A DNA stretch of 64,000 bases. Origin: Candidatus Melainabacteria bacterium 17Bon1m. Lineage in GTDB: Bacteria; Cyanobacteriota; Vampirovibrionia; Obscuribacterales; Obscuribacteraceae. The DNA is taken from assembly GCA_032128875.1 (NCBI GenBank), contig JAVLKG010000001.1, forward strand, positions 256,001 through 320,000, given 5' to 3'. A program made the position numbers and the translations under genes. The notes beneath the pieces were generated by a model. It saw only the letters and a program-made list of their open reading frames with translations, made no database searches and was not told the origin of the DNA. Shown piece by piece: positions 54,447 to 63,792 of this stretch; positions within the stretch are counted from its first letter, which is position 1; every line of letters starts with the position of its first letter.

Positions 54447-55529
54447 ATGACGAGTAGCAACCTACCTACGAATAAAATTGGCAATTGGCTGGAGGACCGC
54501 CTTAAGCTGAGCGCTATTGCGCAAATGGCTCAGAAAAAGGAAGTGCCGCTGCATAAGCACTCTATTTGGTACTACATGGGTGGAATCGCCATGTTGTTTC
54601 TGGCGGTGCAGTTTGTCACCGGTATTCTGCTGATGGTTTATTACGTGCCTGACCTGGAGTCAGCGCACGCGAGCATTCTAAAAATCAATTCGCAAATTCA
54701 GTTCGGGTGGTTCATAAGATCATTGCACAGCTGGGGTGCCAACCTCATGATTGCCGTGGTCTTTTTGCATTTGTTCAGCTCGTACTTCATGAAGGCATAC
54801 CGCAAACCACGCGAGATTACCTGGCTGATTGGAATGCTTTTGCTAGTCATTACTATGGCTTTCGGTTTTTCCGGATACCTGCTCCCCTGGGACGACATTT
54901 CATTTTTCGCCACCAAAATCGGACTCGACATAGCTTCCAAGACTCCTCTTATTGGACCGACCTTGGCGGAACTTTTGAGAGGTGGAGAAAACATCGGGCA
55001 GTCGACGATTTCTCGCTTCTTTGTCATTCACGTCGCAATTCTTCCTCTCGTCTTGCTCGGGTTGCTTGCTGGTCACCTGGTGCTTGTGCAAATGCACGGC
55101 ATGAGCAAACCTCCAGGTATCGACACTCCCGAAAAACCATGCGCCAAAGAAAAGTTTTTCCCGAATTTCTTTCTGCGCGACTTGCTGGTTTGGATTCTCT
55201 CTTTCAATGTTCTGGCAGTGCTTGTCACCCTCGCACCCTGGGGCATCGGACCAGAAGCAGATCCTTTCGCTCCCGCCCCGCTCGGAATCAAGCCAGAGTG
55301 GTATTTCCTGTCAATGTTCCAGTTCTTAAAACTAATGCCCGCTTTCGTCGGTCCTTTCGAAGGAGAGCTGGTCGGCATCTTTCTCATAGCAGCTGTAGCC
55401 GGCGCACTAGTTATGGTGCCATTCTGGGACGACGGTAAGTCCGAAGGAAGATCCACTCTTGCAACGATGTATGGATTGGCTGTGCTTATAGGCTTCATAG
55501 CCTTCACAATATGGGGTGCGATCTCATGA
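54447..55529 (+). CDS. Cytochrome b (b6-like plus subunit IV-like in one chain)
   Basis: RSLHSWGA, FLHLF, GYLLPWD, FVIHV..GH, IKPEWYF. Confidence 0.95.
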   Translation: MTSSNLPTNKIGNWLEDRLKLSAIAQMAQKKEVPLHKHSIWYYMGGIAMLFLAVQFVTGILLMVYYVPDLESAHASILKINSQIQFGWFIRSLHSWGANLMIAVVFLHLFSSYFMKAYRKPREITWLIGMLLLVITMAFGFSGYLLPWDDISFFATKIGLDIASKTPLIGPTLAELLRGGENIGQSTISRFFVIHVAILPLVLLGLLAGHLVLVQMHGMSKPPGIDTPEKPCAKEKFFPNFFLRDLLVWILSFNVLAVLVTLAPWGIGPEADPFAPAPLGIKPEWYFLSMFQFLKLMPAFVGPFEGELVGIFLIAAVAGALVMVPFWDDGKSEGRSTLATMYGLAVLIGFIAFTIWGAIS

Positions 55530-56905
55530 ATTATCCGATTTGGGTTGTTCCAATTTTTGGTGGCGGTTGGATCATTGGAATTATCGCCATTGTTCACGTT
55601 TTTCTCTCGCACTTTGCAGTTGGTGGTGGCGCCTTCCTTGCACTCACGGAAGAGCTTGCCTACAGAAGAAAAGACGAAAATCTGTACGCTTACTTGCGCC
55701 AGCATTCGCGCTTTTTCATGCTTTTGACGAGCGTGGCAGGTGCCGTGACCGGCGTCGGTATCTGGTGGGCAATCAGTCTTGTAAACCCTGATGGCACGGC
55801 TGTCTTGATTCAGAATTTCACGCTCGGCTGGGCGGTGGAATATGTCTTTTTCGTTGCCGAGCTGGCGACTGTTTTTGCATACTATTACACCTGGGACAAA
55901 CTGACCAAAGAGCAGCACCTGAATCTCGCGCGCATGTATTTTGGATTTTCAGTTATGACTCTTGTGGTCATCAATGGCATCCTCACTTTCATGCTGACGC
56001 CCGGACACTGGCTTGAATCGCGTTATTGGCTGGAAGGTTTTTTCAACGCCACTTACTGGCCGTCGTTGGTCTTGCGATTGCTCATTATGTTTGCGCTTGC
56101 CGGCATGTATGCCATGGTGACATCGAGCCAAATCAAAGATCAACAAACCAGAGAATATGTTGTGCGCTTTTGTGCGAAGTGGCTGTTGCCCATATTCTTT
56201 ATTGGTCCGGTTGCCGGATACTTCTATTTGGCAAATGTGCCGCAAGCGGCAATCGAAACCGTCTTCAACGGCGTTCATGCTTCGGGCGTGGGGAATTTCT
56301 CGGTTTTGGCAAGAGCTTTGTACCTGAGTCTTATTCTCTCCGGCACGGTAATTGTTTTCGCATACATCGGACCATACTTGAACCCTCGCGGATTGACTGT
56401 GCGCATTTCGATTCTTTTCCTCATATGCGGTCTCACCGTAACTGGTATTACCGAATGGATGCGAGAGCTTTTGCGTAAACCATACGTGGTCTATGGATAC
56501 ATGTACTGCAATGGCATAAGAAAAGAGTCTGTGGACAAGTTGAATGAAGGAGGGTTTTTAGCCCAGAGCAAATGGTCCACCATAACGGCTCTCCCTCATG
56601 GACAAAACGACATCGAGTTGGGAAGAAACATCTTTCGCTATCAGTGTATGAGCTGCCATACGGAAAATGGTTATCGAGGCATGAAGAAACTCTTGGGCGA
56701 ACGCGATCGTGACGCGATCGAAGGTTTTCTAAAAACCATCAAGAGCCGCAAGAAAGAAGATAATCCATATTTGGGAATAATGCCGCCGCTGGTAGGCAAC
56801 GATGACGACTTACAAAAACTGGCTTCGTACTTATGCACCATAAACGGGCAAGCAGAGCCAAGTCCTGCAGTAAGCTCGAAAGCCGGGGCTAATTCTCAAT
56901 ACTAA
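55526..56905 (+). CDS. CydA-like cytochrome bd-family subunit with C-terminal c-type cytochrome
   Basis: HVFLSHFAVGGG, GAVTGVGIW, WAVEYVFF, EWMRELLRKPY; CMSCH and distal MPP. Confidence 0.88.
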   Translation: MNYPIWVVPIFGGGWIIGIIAIVHVFLSHFAVGGGAFLALTEELAYRRKDENLYAYLRQHSRFFMLLTSVAGAVTGVGIWWAISLVNPDGTAVLIQNFTLGWAVEYVFFVAELATVFAYYYTWDKLTKEQHLNLARMYFGFSVMTLVVINGILTFMLTPGHWLESRYWLEGFFNATYWPSLVLRLLIMFALAGMYAMVTSSQIKDQQTREYVVRFCAKWLLPIFFIGPVAGYFYLANVPQAAIETVFNGVHASGVGNFSVLARALYLSLILSGTVIVFAYIGPYLNPRGLTVRISILFLICGLTVTGITEWMRELLRKPYVVYGYMYCNGIRKESVDKLNEGGFLAQSKWSTITALPHGQNDIELGRNIFRYQCMSCHTENGYRGMKKLLGERDRDAIEGFLKTIKSRKKEDNPYLGIMPPLVGNDDDLQKLASYLCTINGQAEPSPAVSSKAGANSQY

Positions 56906-56909
56906 GGCA

Positions 56910-56947
56910 CCAGCCATTCTCCATTCTCTCGAATGGAGAATGGCTGG
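56910..56947. terminator. 17-bp perfect hairpin between convergent genes
   Basis: CCAGCCATTCTCCATTC-TCTC-GAATGGAGAATGGCTGG. Confidence 0.7.
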
Positions 56948-56985
56948 AAGCTGGCTAGGTTTAGCTCAATGGCTGATGGGAAAAC

Positions 56986-57537
56986 CTAGCCAGGGCTTTG
57001 TGTCGACCCGTCACCGTTGCCAACTTGTTGGCTTGGCAGCACAGGGATCTTTCTCACACTTTCCTTATAGCCTGGTGCCTTCGGCAGTTTAATCGAAAGC
57101 ACACCGTTCTTGTAAGATGCCTCCGCCTTATCGGTGTCAACACAGTTTTCAGGTAATGGTATTGATCTGCTGAAAGAACCGTATCTTCTTTCCATGCGAT
57201 AAATACCTTTTGAGTTTTCCTCCTTCTCTTCTTTCTTTTCACCACTAATGGTTAAAGTGTCTCTGGACATCGAAATGTCGATATCCTTTTCCGTCATGCC
57301 TGGAACTTCCAGATTGATCTGAAATTCCTTTTCTGTTTCATGCACATCAAGTACTGGCGAGAAGCGACTTTCCATTGATCCCAATGTGTTCAGATTGAAT
57401 GCACGGTCGAAAAGTCTTTCCATCTCACGCCATGGGCTGTCGAAGTCGCTCCATACTGCAGGCATCGATGCGTATTCATCCGATCTGCGAATTGGGACTG
57501 CCTTTCGCCCCCATGGAATTAGATTATTCAGTGTCAT
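56986..57537 (-). CDS. Hsp20/alpha-crystallin small heat-shock protein
   Basis: GGAGG SD; EVPGM, LTISGEK, ERRYGSFSRSIPLP, ASYKNGVLSIKLPK. Confidence 0.95.
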   Translation of the reverse strand: MTLNNLIPWGRKAVPIRRSDEYASMPAVWSDFDSPWREMERLFDRAFNLNTLGSMESRFSPVLDVHETEKEFQINLEVPGMTEKDIDISMSRDTLTISGEKKEEKEENSKGIYRMERRYGSFSRSIPLPENCVDTDKAEASYKNGVLSIKLPKAPGYKESVRKIPVLPSQQVGNGDGSTQSPG

Positions 57538-57566
57538 AGTGTTTACCTCCCCAGAACAATTTTTAG

Positions 57567-57692
57567 CTACTCGCATGCGAATTTTGTCGCAGCAGCAATC
57601 CGCAAAACGCTGAGTTGCTCAGCTTTTGTTTCAGAACATCCAGCTAACAAATATTGTTCGAAAAGTTCTTTGGTGAATACCGTCGCATCCAT
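57567..57692 (-). CDS. 41-aa small ORF upstream of hsp20
   Basis: GGAGG 8 nt before ATG; MDATVFTKELFEQYLLAGCSETKAEQLSVLRIAAATKFACE*. Confidence 0.5.
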   Translation of the reverse strand: MDATVFTKELFEQYLLAGCSETKAEQLSVLRIAAATKFACE

Positions 57693-58045
57693 AATTCATA
57701 CCTCCGCCAGGCGAAAGTTTGCTTTTATCGATGAAACTCAAATCGTTGTTTGTGCGCATTTGAATTAGGTTTTCTACTTAGATTGATAACACGCCGCAGA
57801 AAAAATTGATTCGGCGATAATGAAATTTTCAAAATGTTTTACAGGCGCTACAATGCGCTGGCTGCGCCTGTTTTGAGGCGCTCAGTCACACGACTTTTTG
57901 CGTGATTTGATAATTTTGTACCGCGGTAATCGATGTGAGGGATGGGATTTGCAGAAAGAAACATGAATGTTGGCAAAGTTCTAAAATTGATATATAAATC
58001 TAGCTCGATTACTGCATATTTTCTTGACTGTATAGGAGGAAGCTC

Positions 58046-58396
58046 ATGAAACAAACTCAATTCTTGTTAGCAACAATTTCTGCGTTGATTGTTGCTCTTC
58101 CAGTATCGGCAAAAATTTCTGCCACAGTCGATCTTCCTGCAGAGGCAAAGCGTGGTGAATCGGTGACAGTCTCGGTGAAGACTGAGCCAAAATTGAAGTG
58201 CAAAATTCAGGCACAGGATGCAGGTCTTACACAAGTGCTAAAACTCACCGATCAAGATTCGGATTCTACCGGCAACGCCAGTTGGAAATTCGATGTTCCA
58301 AAAGACTACAAAGCAGATGAACTGCCAGTGATTGTAACTGTCAGCAAAGACAAAGAGGAAGAAAAGGTTACTCGTTCTATCAAGGTCAAGAAATAG
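58046..58396 (+). CDS. Secreted beta-rich hypothetical protein
   Basis: GGAGA SD, signal peptide, Ig-like strand pattern. Confidence 0.75.
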   Translation: MKQTQFLLATISALIVALPVSAKISATVDLPAEAKRGESVTVSVKTEPKLKCKIQAQDAGLTQVLKLTDQDSDSTGNASWKFDVPKDYKADELPVIVTVSKDKEEEKVTRSIKVKK

Positions 58397-58404
58397 ACCC
58401 AGCA

Positions 58405-58440
58405 AGCAGAGAAGGCAGAAGAAATCCTGCCTTCTCTGCT
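58405..58440 (+). terminator. Intrinsic terminator-like hairpin
   Basis: AGCAGAGAAGGCAG-8 nt-CTGCCTTCTCTGCT followed by pyrimidine-rich run. Confidence 0.7.
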
Positions 58441-58514
58441 CTGTATTCTCTTTCTTTTGTAACCGCGCGGCGCTAGGTGCTAATTCTGCGCTCCACCTTA
58501 ATAGGCACTTTTGT

Positions 58515-59972
58515 CTAGATCTTCTCGAAATCTATAAATCCTTTTGCGGCGTTTGTTGACAGCAACCGTACTTTGATTTTGTCGCCGACATCGACGCCTT
58601 TGTGGTTTTTCAACAACCGACCTTCCGCCGATGGCTTCGAAATCCGCACATAGACACCGTCTTCTTTGACGCCTGTGACTATCGCTTTGAAGACTTCGCC
58701 GAGTCGCGAACTCAGCAATACCGCGGCAGCCGCTTTACGCATGAATCGTTCGACGTTGTTGGCTGCTGACGCCATCTTCGTGCAATGACTCGCAATTGCC
58801 TCCAGCTCTGCTTCGGAATAAGGGCAGTCTCTCCCGTCAATGACCGCCTTCAACAAGCGCTGTGTCACCACATCCGGAAATCTTCGATTTGGCGCTGTGC
58901 TGTGCGTGTAATCATGCACAGCAAGCCCAAAATGTCCCTCGTGCTCATCACCAGATTTCACGACGACATACTCGCCGGGACCAAGTAGTTTTAGAACAGA
59001 CAAAGACAGATCGCTGAAGTGAGTTGGGTCGGCGATGCGACGCTTCTTCAGAAAGTCGGAAAGCGCTTTGGGGCTCGGCTCGTCTGGCAATGTTTCACCA
59101 ACCGCCTTTGCCAACTCAACGATGCGCGACCATCTCCTCGGTTTGCGCACAATGCGCCGCAAGGAGTACGTCCCTTTCGTATCCAACAGACCGGCGACTG
59201 CACTGTTCGCTGCCACCATGAAGTTTTCTACTAACTCGCGTGCGTCATTGCTGTCGACTGTTTTGATATCCACGACCCTTCCGTTGACTGCAACGGGCGC
59301 TGCTTCAATGCGCTCTATGTTTAGCGCACCCGCTTCCATGCGCAAGTCTTCTAAAAGCTCCGATTGTTCCCTCTGTAAACGCAGTTGTTCAGCGAGTTTT
59401 GGAACGGGATTGAGCAGCGGGAGTTCGTTTTCTTCCGCGCCACCATCGAACCATTTGCCCATGCTCGAATAATTGAGCTTTGCGTAGTTGCGTACTATAG
59501 CGCGATAGACATCAACAGACACCAATTTCCCTTTGGGGCTTAGCACCATATCTACCACCACTGCAAGCTTGTCACCACCGGGCATTAGTGAGGTGACCTC
59601 GTTGGACAGTTTCTCGGGAAACATCGGGAAATTCATCACGCCTGCGTATACCGTCGTTGTGTTGTTTGCGGCGTGAACATCGAGTGGCGAATCCTTCACA
59701 ACAAACGCATCTACATCGGCGATGCCTACCATTACTCGCGTATTGCCATCAGGGAGTTTTTCCGCATACTCGACTTGGTCAAGATCCAACGAATCCGCAT
59801 TGTCGATCGACGACCACAGCAGATGCCGCAAGTCTTTAGTGTCGTCAGTTTTCGGCAGCTTGTCCGAAATCGCATTCACTTGAGCGATGACTTCGGGTTC
59901 GAAATCTGGTGTGAAGCCGGCGTCCGTCAGAGCTTTGTGTGCCATCTCTTTAAGGTCGGGCTTGGTGACCAT
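58515..59972 (-). CDS. RNB-domain exoribonuclease (RNase II/R family)
   Basis: SIDNADSLDLDQ, VGIADV, LVENFMVAAN, HFGL..YTHSTAPNRRFPD, S1-like tail. Confidence 0.93.
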   Translation of the reverse strand: MVTKPDLKEMAHKALTDAGFTPDFEPEVIAQVNAISDKLPKTDDTKDLRHLLWSSIDNADSLDLDQVEYAEKLPDGNTRVMVGIADVDAFVVKDSPLDVHAANNTTTVYAGVMNFPMFPEKLSNEVTSLMPGGDKLAVVVDMVLSPKGKLVSVDVYRAIVRNYAKLNYSSMGKWFDGGAEENELPLLNPVPKLAEQLRLQREQSELLEDLRMEAGALNIERIEAAPVAVNGRVVDIKTVDSNDARELVENFMVAANSAVAGLLDTKGTYSLRRIVRKPRRWSRIVELAKAVGETLPDEPSPKALSDFLKKRRIADPTHFSDLSLSVLKLLGPGEYVVVKSGDEHEGHFGLAVHDYTHSTAPNRRFPDVVTQRLLKAVIDGRDCPYSEAELEAIASHCTKMASAANNVERFMRKAAAAVLLSSRLGEVFKAIVTGVKEDGVYVRISKPSAEGRLLKNHKGVDVGDKIKVRLLSTNAAKGFIDFEKI

Positions 59973-60283
59973 CGTGGTGTCCTGTTTGTGAAACCTAAGA
60001 ATCTAGATGCCGTCAATATTGCCCTGATTCTTATTGCGCGATTTCGGGTCGATTAATTTGTATGATTTTACAGTATTGCCCTACCCGCTGAGGGGGTAGG
60101 TAGAAGCGAGGAGCTTTAGGGCAATCTCTGGAATAACTATGTCCAGAATTGCGCTGCCGAGCCGGGTCTGCGCAATTGTGCTATGATGTCAGTATGATGT
60201 TTGTGAAAGTGCGCAAGGCGTAGGCTTGAGAATCTTGTGAACTGCCGCTATTTACACTCGGTCTGGTGCTACCGTGACACGAG

Positions 60284-60673
60284 GTGAATAAAATGGCAGT
60301 ACAAGAGCCTTTTTCGTTTGTTGAAGATTCGATCTATAGTAATTCCGCTGTTCATCCACCTAACGACTATAAGCAGGAGAACGATACTTCTATCTGCATG
60401 ACGGAAATGAGCAGGCTTTTGTTTGCGCCTGCTAATTTCCTTCAACGACTGAGTTTGAGCAGAGATGTTGAATTGCGAATTGCAGTCGTTGATTACAAAG
60501 ACGCACCGGATGAAGTGCTGTTTTTTCTGGCAGACGATGAAAGTCCGGACGTTAGATATGCACTAGCTGAAAACCATAATATCAGCATAAATGTGCTCAA
60601 AAAGCTGAGCGCTGATCCTAACCCATATGTTGCTGATCGGGCTGAGCGTACGCTGTTGCGCCGTACGGCGTAG
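60284..60673 (+). CDS. Leucine-rich-variant/HEAT-like repeat protein
   Basis: LADDESPDVRYALAEN, LSADPNPYVA. Confidence 0.7.
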   Translation: MNKMAVQEPFSFVEDSIYSNSAVHPPNDYKQENDTSICMTEMSRLLFAPANFLQRLSLSRDVELRIAVVDYKDAPDEVLFFLADDESPDVRYALAENHNISINVLKKLSADPNPYVADRAERTLLRRTA

Positions 60674-60774
60674 CTTGTTCTCGAAATACGTGAGCTTCTT
60701 TGCTTTCACTTGCATTGGTGATTAATTCAGCTACTGCATTAGAAACCTTTTTTGATTGATGCCGTCTTCGCACC

Positions 60775-61182
60775 ATGAACAGATCAGAAATCAACATATT
60801 GCTTGTCGAAGATTTACCCTTGCTGCAAACCGTATTTAAGAGACAGACGCAGAAGTTGGGTTTCACACGTGTGACCATTGCCCCTGATGGAGCGAGCGCC
60901 GTCGAATTGGCGCGAAACAAAAATTTTTCGATGATTTTTATGGACGTGAATTTGCCCCATGTAGACGGAATTGAGGCCACTCGAAAGATACGTCAGCAAG
61001 AACTTCCCGGGCACCGTGTGCCGATTATCGGTTTGACCGCATACGGAGACCGAGAGGCCTGTCTTAGCGCCGGCATGGATGATTTTTTGCAGAAACCAGT
61101 ATTGCTCGAAGAGCTTTTCGGCGTCATCGATAAATGGGCTCGATCTGCGGTTGCAGAGCCAGCAGAACGAAGAAACAGCTAG
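60775..61182 (+). CDS. Single-domain response regulator
   Basis: ILLVED, IFMDVNLP, GLTA, AGMDDFLQKP. Confidence 0.92.
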   Translation: MNRSEINILLVEDLPLLQTVFKRQTQKLGFTRVTIAPDGASAVELARNKNFSMIFMDVNLPHVDGIEATRKIRQQELPGHRVPIIGLTAYGDREACLSAGMDDFLQKPVLLEELFGVIDKWARSAVAEPAERRNS

Positions 61183-61223
61183 GGAAACTAGCAAAGCACA
61201 GCGAAGAAACGCGTTCTCTCGCT

Positions 61224-61544
61224 CTAACAGTCCACTTGGTCCTCAATTGCTTTTCGACGTCGTTTGCGTTTTGGCGGCGAACATTTCTCGAGTTCTACAG
61301 AAATCTTTTTCGCTAAGAGCATCGCTTCTTTGAACTCGGTCGAGCTCTTTCCGTACACGAGTCTGTTAAACGCAATTGCTTGTGTCACGCATTCACGAGC
61401 TTTTGCTAAGTTGCCGCTCTCTAAGTAAATAGTGGAAAGACGATGAAATGCTTCGGCGCGTAATAGTGGTGCTGCAGACGTTTTGATAATGTTCTCGAAA
61501 AAGTCAGGACGATGTGACGTAGAGTCTTTGATAGATGCATTCAT
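61224..61544 (-). CDS. Small TPR protein
   Basis: AEAFHRLSTIYLESGNLAKARECVTQAI; GGAG SD. Confidence 0.7.
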   Translation of the reverse strand: MNASIKDSTSHRPDFFENIIKTSAAPLLRAEAFHRLSTIYLESGNLAKARECVTQAIAFNRLVYGKSSTEFKEAMLLAKKISVELEKCSPPKRKRRRKAIEDQVDC

Positions 61545-61801
61545 TCAACTATTCTCCAAAACCATGGAGAATTGCAAAATCTTCATGTCCTACCAGTATG
61601 CTCCTTACCTCACCCATTAAGTATCCCCCAGCTAAGCTCGTAACGCGGTAATAAGCCGCGCTGGAAAGATGCTCAAATGTCTTCAGAAAACTGCCGCGCC
61701 ATTATATGTGGTGGCAGAATGTTTTTGCTGGTTTTTGCGTTTCACGCAATTGGAGATGCGGGCTAATCTTTATCAATTGCTGCCCATCGATGGAAAGCTG
61801 G

Positions 61802-62089
61802 TTAAGCAAACCCGAATTTATACCATTTGCCCGCCGGCGCACATGTTTCGACAATCGAGATGCTGATGTTGCGCCCTGACGAGTTCTGTCCTTGAAGCAT
61901 GCTCACTGCACTGCGTGCCTCTTCTTCGGTTCTTAATACCAAATAGGCATAACCTCTGTTCTTTCCAGTTTTAGATTCTAAGGGCACTTCAAAAGACACC
62001 ACATGACTCAAAAACGGCAGAACCAACTCACGCACAGAACTTTCGTCGGCATCCACATCCAAATTGCCAATCAAGATTTTGCAACTCAT
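61802..62089 (-). CDS. RRM RNA-binding protein (Rbp-like)
   Basis: RNP2 ILIGNL, RNP1 RGYAYL. Confidence 0.85.
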   Translation of the reverse strand: MSCKILIGNLDVDADESSVRELVLPFLSHVVSFEVPLESKTGKNRGYAYLVLRTEEEARSAVSMLQGQNSSGRNISISIVETCAPAGKWYKFGFA

Positions 62090-62140
62090 TTCGCTTTCAC
62101 CTGCATCTCTAGCACCTCAATGCATCTCACCTAAGACCGA

Positions 62141-62350
62141 GTGCAAATAGAGGCAATTTCAATAGGTAACAGGCCTAGCGAATGGCACGGTTTTTACAAA
62201 CTTCTTCTGACATCATATCACAGCGCCCACGGGCTGGGAAGGGACCATATTTTGGAGGGGTGCATGCTGTTGGTCAACGCGAAGGATGAGGAGAAAGTCC
62301 GAGGATCTCTAGTAAACAAAGGATTCAACGATTATCTTGTGCCTTCGTGA
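62141..62350 (+). CDS. Possible small hypothetical protein
   Basis: 69-aa ORF filling the gap; no motif. Confidence 0.35.
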   Translation: MQIEAISIGNRPSEWHGFYKLLLTSYHSAHGLGRDHILEGCMLLVNAKDEEKVRGSLVNKGFNDYLVPS

Positions 62351-62371
62351 GACTGTAAGTCCTCAAAATTA

Positions 62372-62398
62372 AAGCCATTCTCGTGTGGAGAATGGCTT
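62372..62398 (-). terminator. Terminator directly after tRNA-Leu
   Basis: AAGCCATTCTC-5 nt-GAGAATGGCTT then T-rich run on the minus strand. Confidence 0.75.
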
Positions 62399-62481
62399 GG
62401 TGGGCGAGGTGGGACTTGAACCCACACGTATTGCTACACTAGATCCTAAGTCTAGCGCGTCTGCCATTCCGCCACTCGCCC
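62398..62481 (-). tRNA. tRNA-Leu(TAG), canonical, CCA encoded
   Basis: GGGCGAG/CTCGCCC, GCGGAATGGCAGACGC, CTAGA-CTTAGGA-TCTAG, variable arm, GTGGG-TTCAAGT-CCCAC. Confidence 0.97.
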
Positions 62482-62591
62482 GTTTTAGTGAATGCGGTTA
62501 CCGCCTCCAAGAGGCGGGGAAACCATGACAGCATAACATAATGACAGCCGGGGAAGTCAGGAGTGGGTTGCGAGGGTAAAACAGCCCAAAA

Positions 62592-62671
62592 GCCAGCGAG
62601 CCGCCGGCGCTCCCAGGAGCAAAACGCCGACGGTCGAGGCCGAAAGAAGAGCGCGTGCAACGCGCCCCCAC
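62592..62671. repeat. REP-like elements (families 3 and 2)
   Basis: GCCAGCGAGCCGCCGGCGCTCCCAGG and GAGCGCGTGCAACGCGCCCCCAC. Confidence 0.8.
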
Positions 62672-62673
62672 GA

Positions 62674-63648
62674 TTACTGTTCGTTAAACACGCTGCCGGC
62701 GTGGTCGCGTTTCCACTTGGAGCCGACATACGATACGAACTCACCATTGGCGTCGCGCTGTTGGACAAACCCATCACCGTTCGAGATGGCGCGCAGAACA
62801 ATTGATTCTTTGCCTGATGCATCGACGGCGTACATGTGAACATAGTTGTTCGGCGAACCTTCGGCAATCGGCGTGACTGCAAGTCTCACGTTGAGGCTGT
62901 TTCCATCAGCATCTGTGATTGTCATTGTCGTTTGCCCAGCTGCAACGAGCGCCTTCACGGCTTTGAGCTGGTCTTCCGGACTGGAGTTAGGGCTGGTTAG
63001 CGTAGTCTTCAGCGCTTCAATTGCTGGGTCCGTTGTTGTGTCTGTCCCTGTAGGCGTCTCAGTTGACGTCTCGGTAGGAGTCTCCGTCGGTGTTTCCGTT
63101 GGAATCTCTGTCGGTGTTTCAGTCTGAACTTCAGCCGCCGGATGCGGATATTTATCTAACGAAATCGGCGCCTCAGGTGCGATTTGCCCGGTCGCAGACA
63201 ACTGACCGTAGTGGAAGCCCCAAGCCGTTGCGGCATCACCCTCAAGCGGCGTGCTGCCCTGGGCGAGCCCGTAGACTTCGGATAACGAAAGGCTCTTGTC
63301 CTGGGTAACCTTCAACTGTTCGTTGCGTCCGTCCATCAAGACTGCTGCTGCGAATCGTGTCGGCTCCTCGTCATAGTCCGCGTTGACGCCACTGACTTCG
63401 CCGTAATCGAGCGTGCCATCCTTGTTGTCGTCAATCGCTTCGAATTCGGACAAAACCATTACCGGAAGCTGATTCTTGAACACCATCGCATCTGTCGCCG
63501 ATGCGCGTGCTTCTTTGCTATCGAGCAATCCCATAGCTCCGATCATCTCGGAGTATTCGCTGCGAAAACCGCCGTCTTCGGGGTTTGCGAACGATCTGTA
63601 GCTGACGTCGGTAAAGGCTTCGTTGACGTGGGAGGTTTCGAGGGCCAT
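62674..63648 (-). CDS. Acidic protein with EF-hand-like loop and TETP linker repeats
   Basis: GGAG SD before MALETSH; DDNKDGTLDYGE; (TETP)n. Confidence 0.75.
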   Translation of the reverse strand: MALETSHVNEAFTDVSYRSFANPEDGGFRSEYSEMIGAMGLLDSKEARASATDAMVFKNQLPVMVLSEFEAIDDNKDGTLDYGEVSGVNADYDEEPTRFAAAVLMDGRNEQLKVTQDKSLSLSEVYGLAQGSTPLEGDAATAWGFHYGQLSATGQIAPEAPISLDKYPHPAAEVQTETPTEIPTETPTETPTETSTETPTGTDTTTDPAIEALKTTLTSPNSSPEDQLKAVKALVAAGQTTMTITDADGNSLNVRLAVTPIAEGSPNNYVHMYAVDASGKESIVLRAISNGDGFVQQRDANGEFVSYVGSKWKRDHAGSVFNEQ

Positions 63649-63792
63649 TGGTAAGCTCCATAAACGACGTGCCTGAAGGGCATCGTTTGGCAAAAGTGGG
63701 GGCAAGGGGGGTTGGTAGCCGGAATTCTAGGGGGACGGCATGACATTCGTTTGACAGCCTGAAAACAGGCGCCTGTGGCCGTTGTGTGTCCG

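Noticed and set aside
57563-57590. CIRCE-like TTAGCTACTC before hsp20
   Set aside because: Extra base in the left arm and no GAGTGCTAA right arm at 9-nt spacing
56910-62398. Shared AGCCATTCTC/GAGAATGGCT stem in two hairpins, as a repeat family
   Set aside because: Only two copies, both in terminator positions; insufficient evidence
63050-63127. 12-bp repeats as a DNA-level element
   Set aside because: Encode a TETP linker with synonymous variation; ordinary protein low complexity
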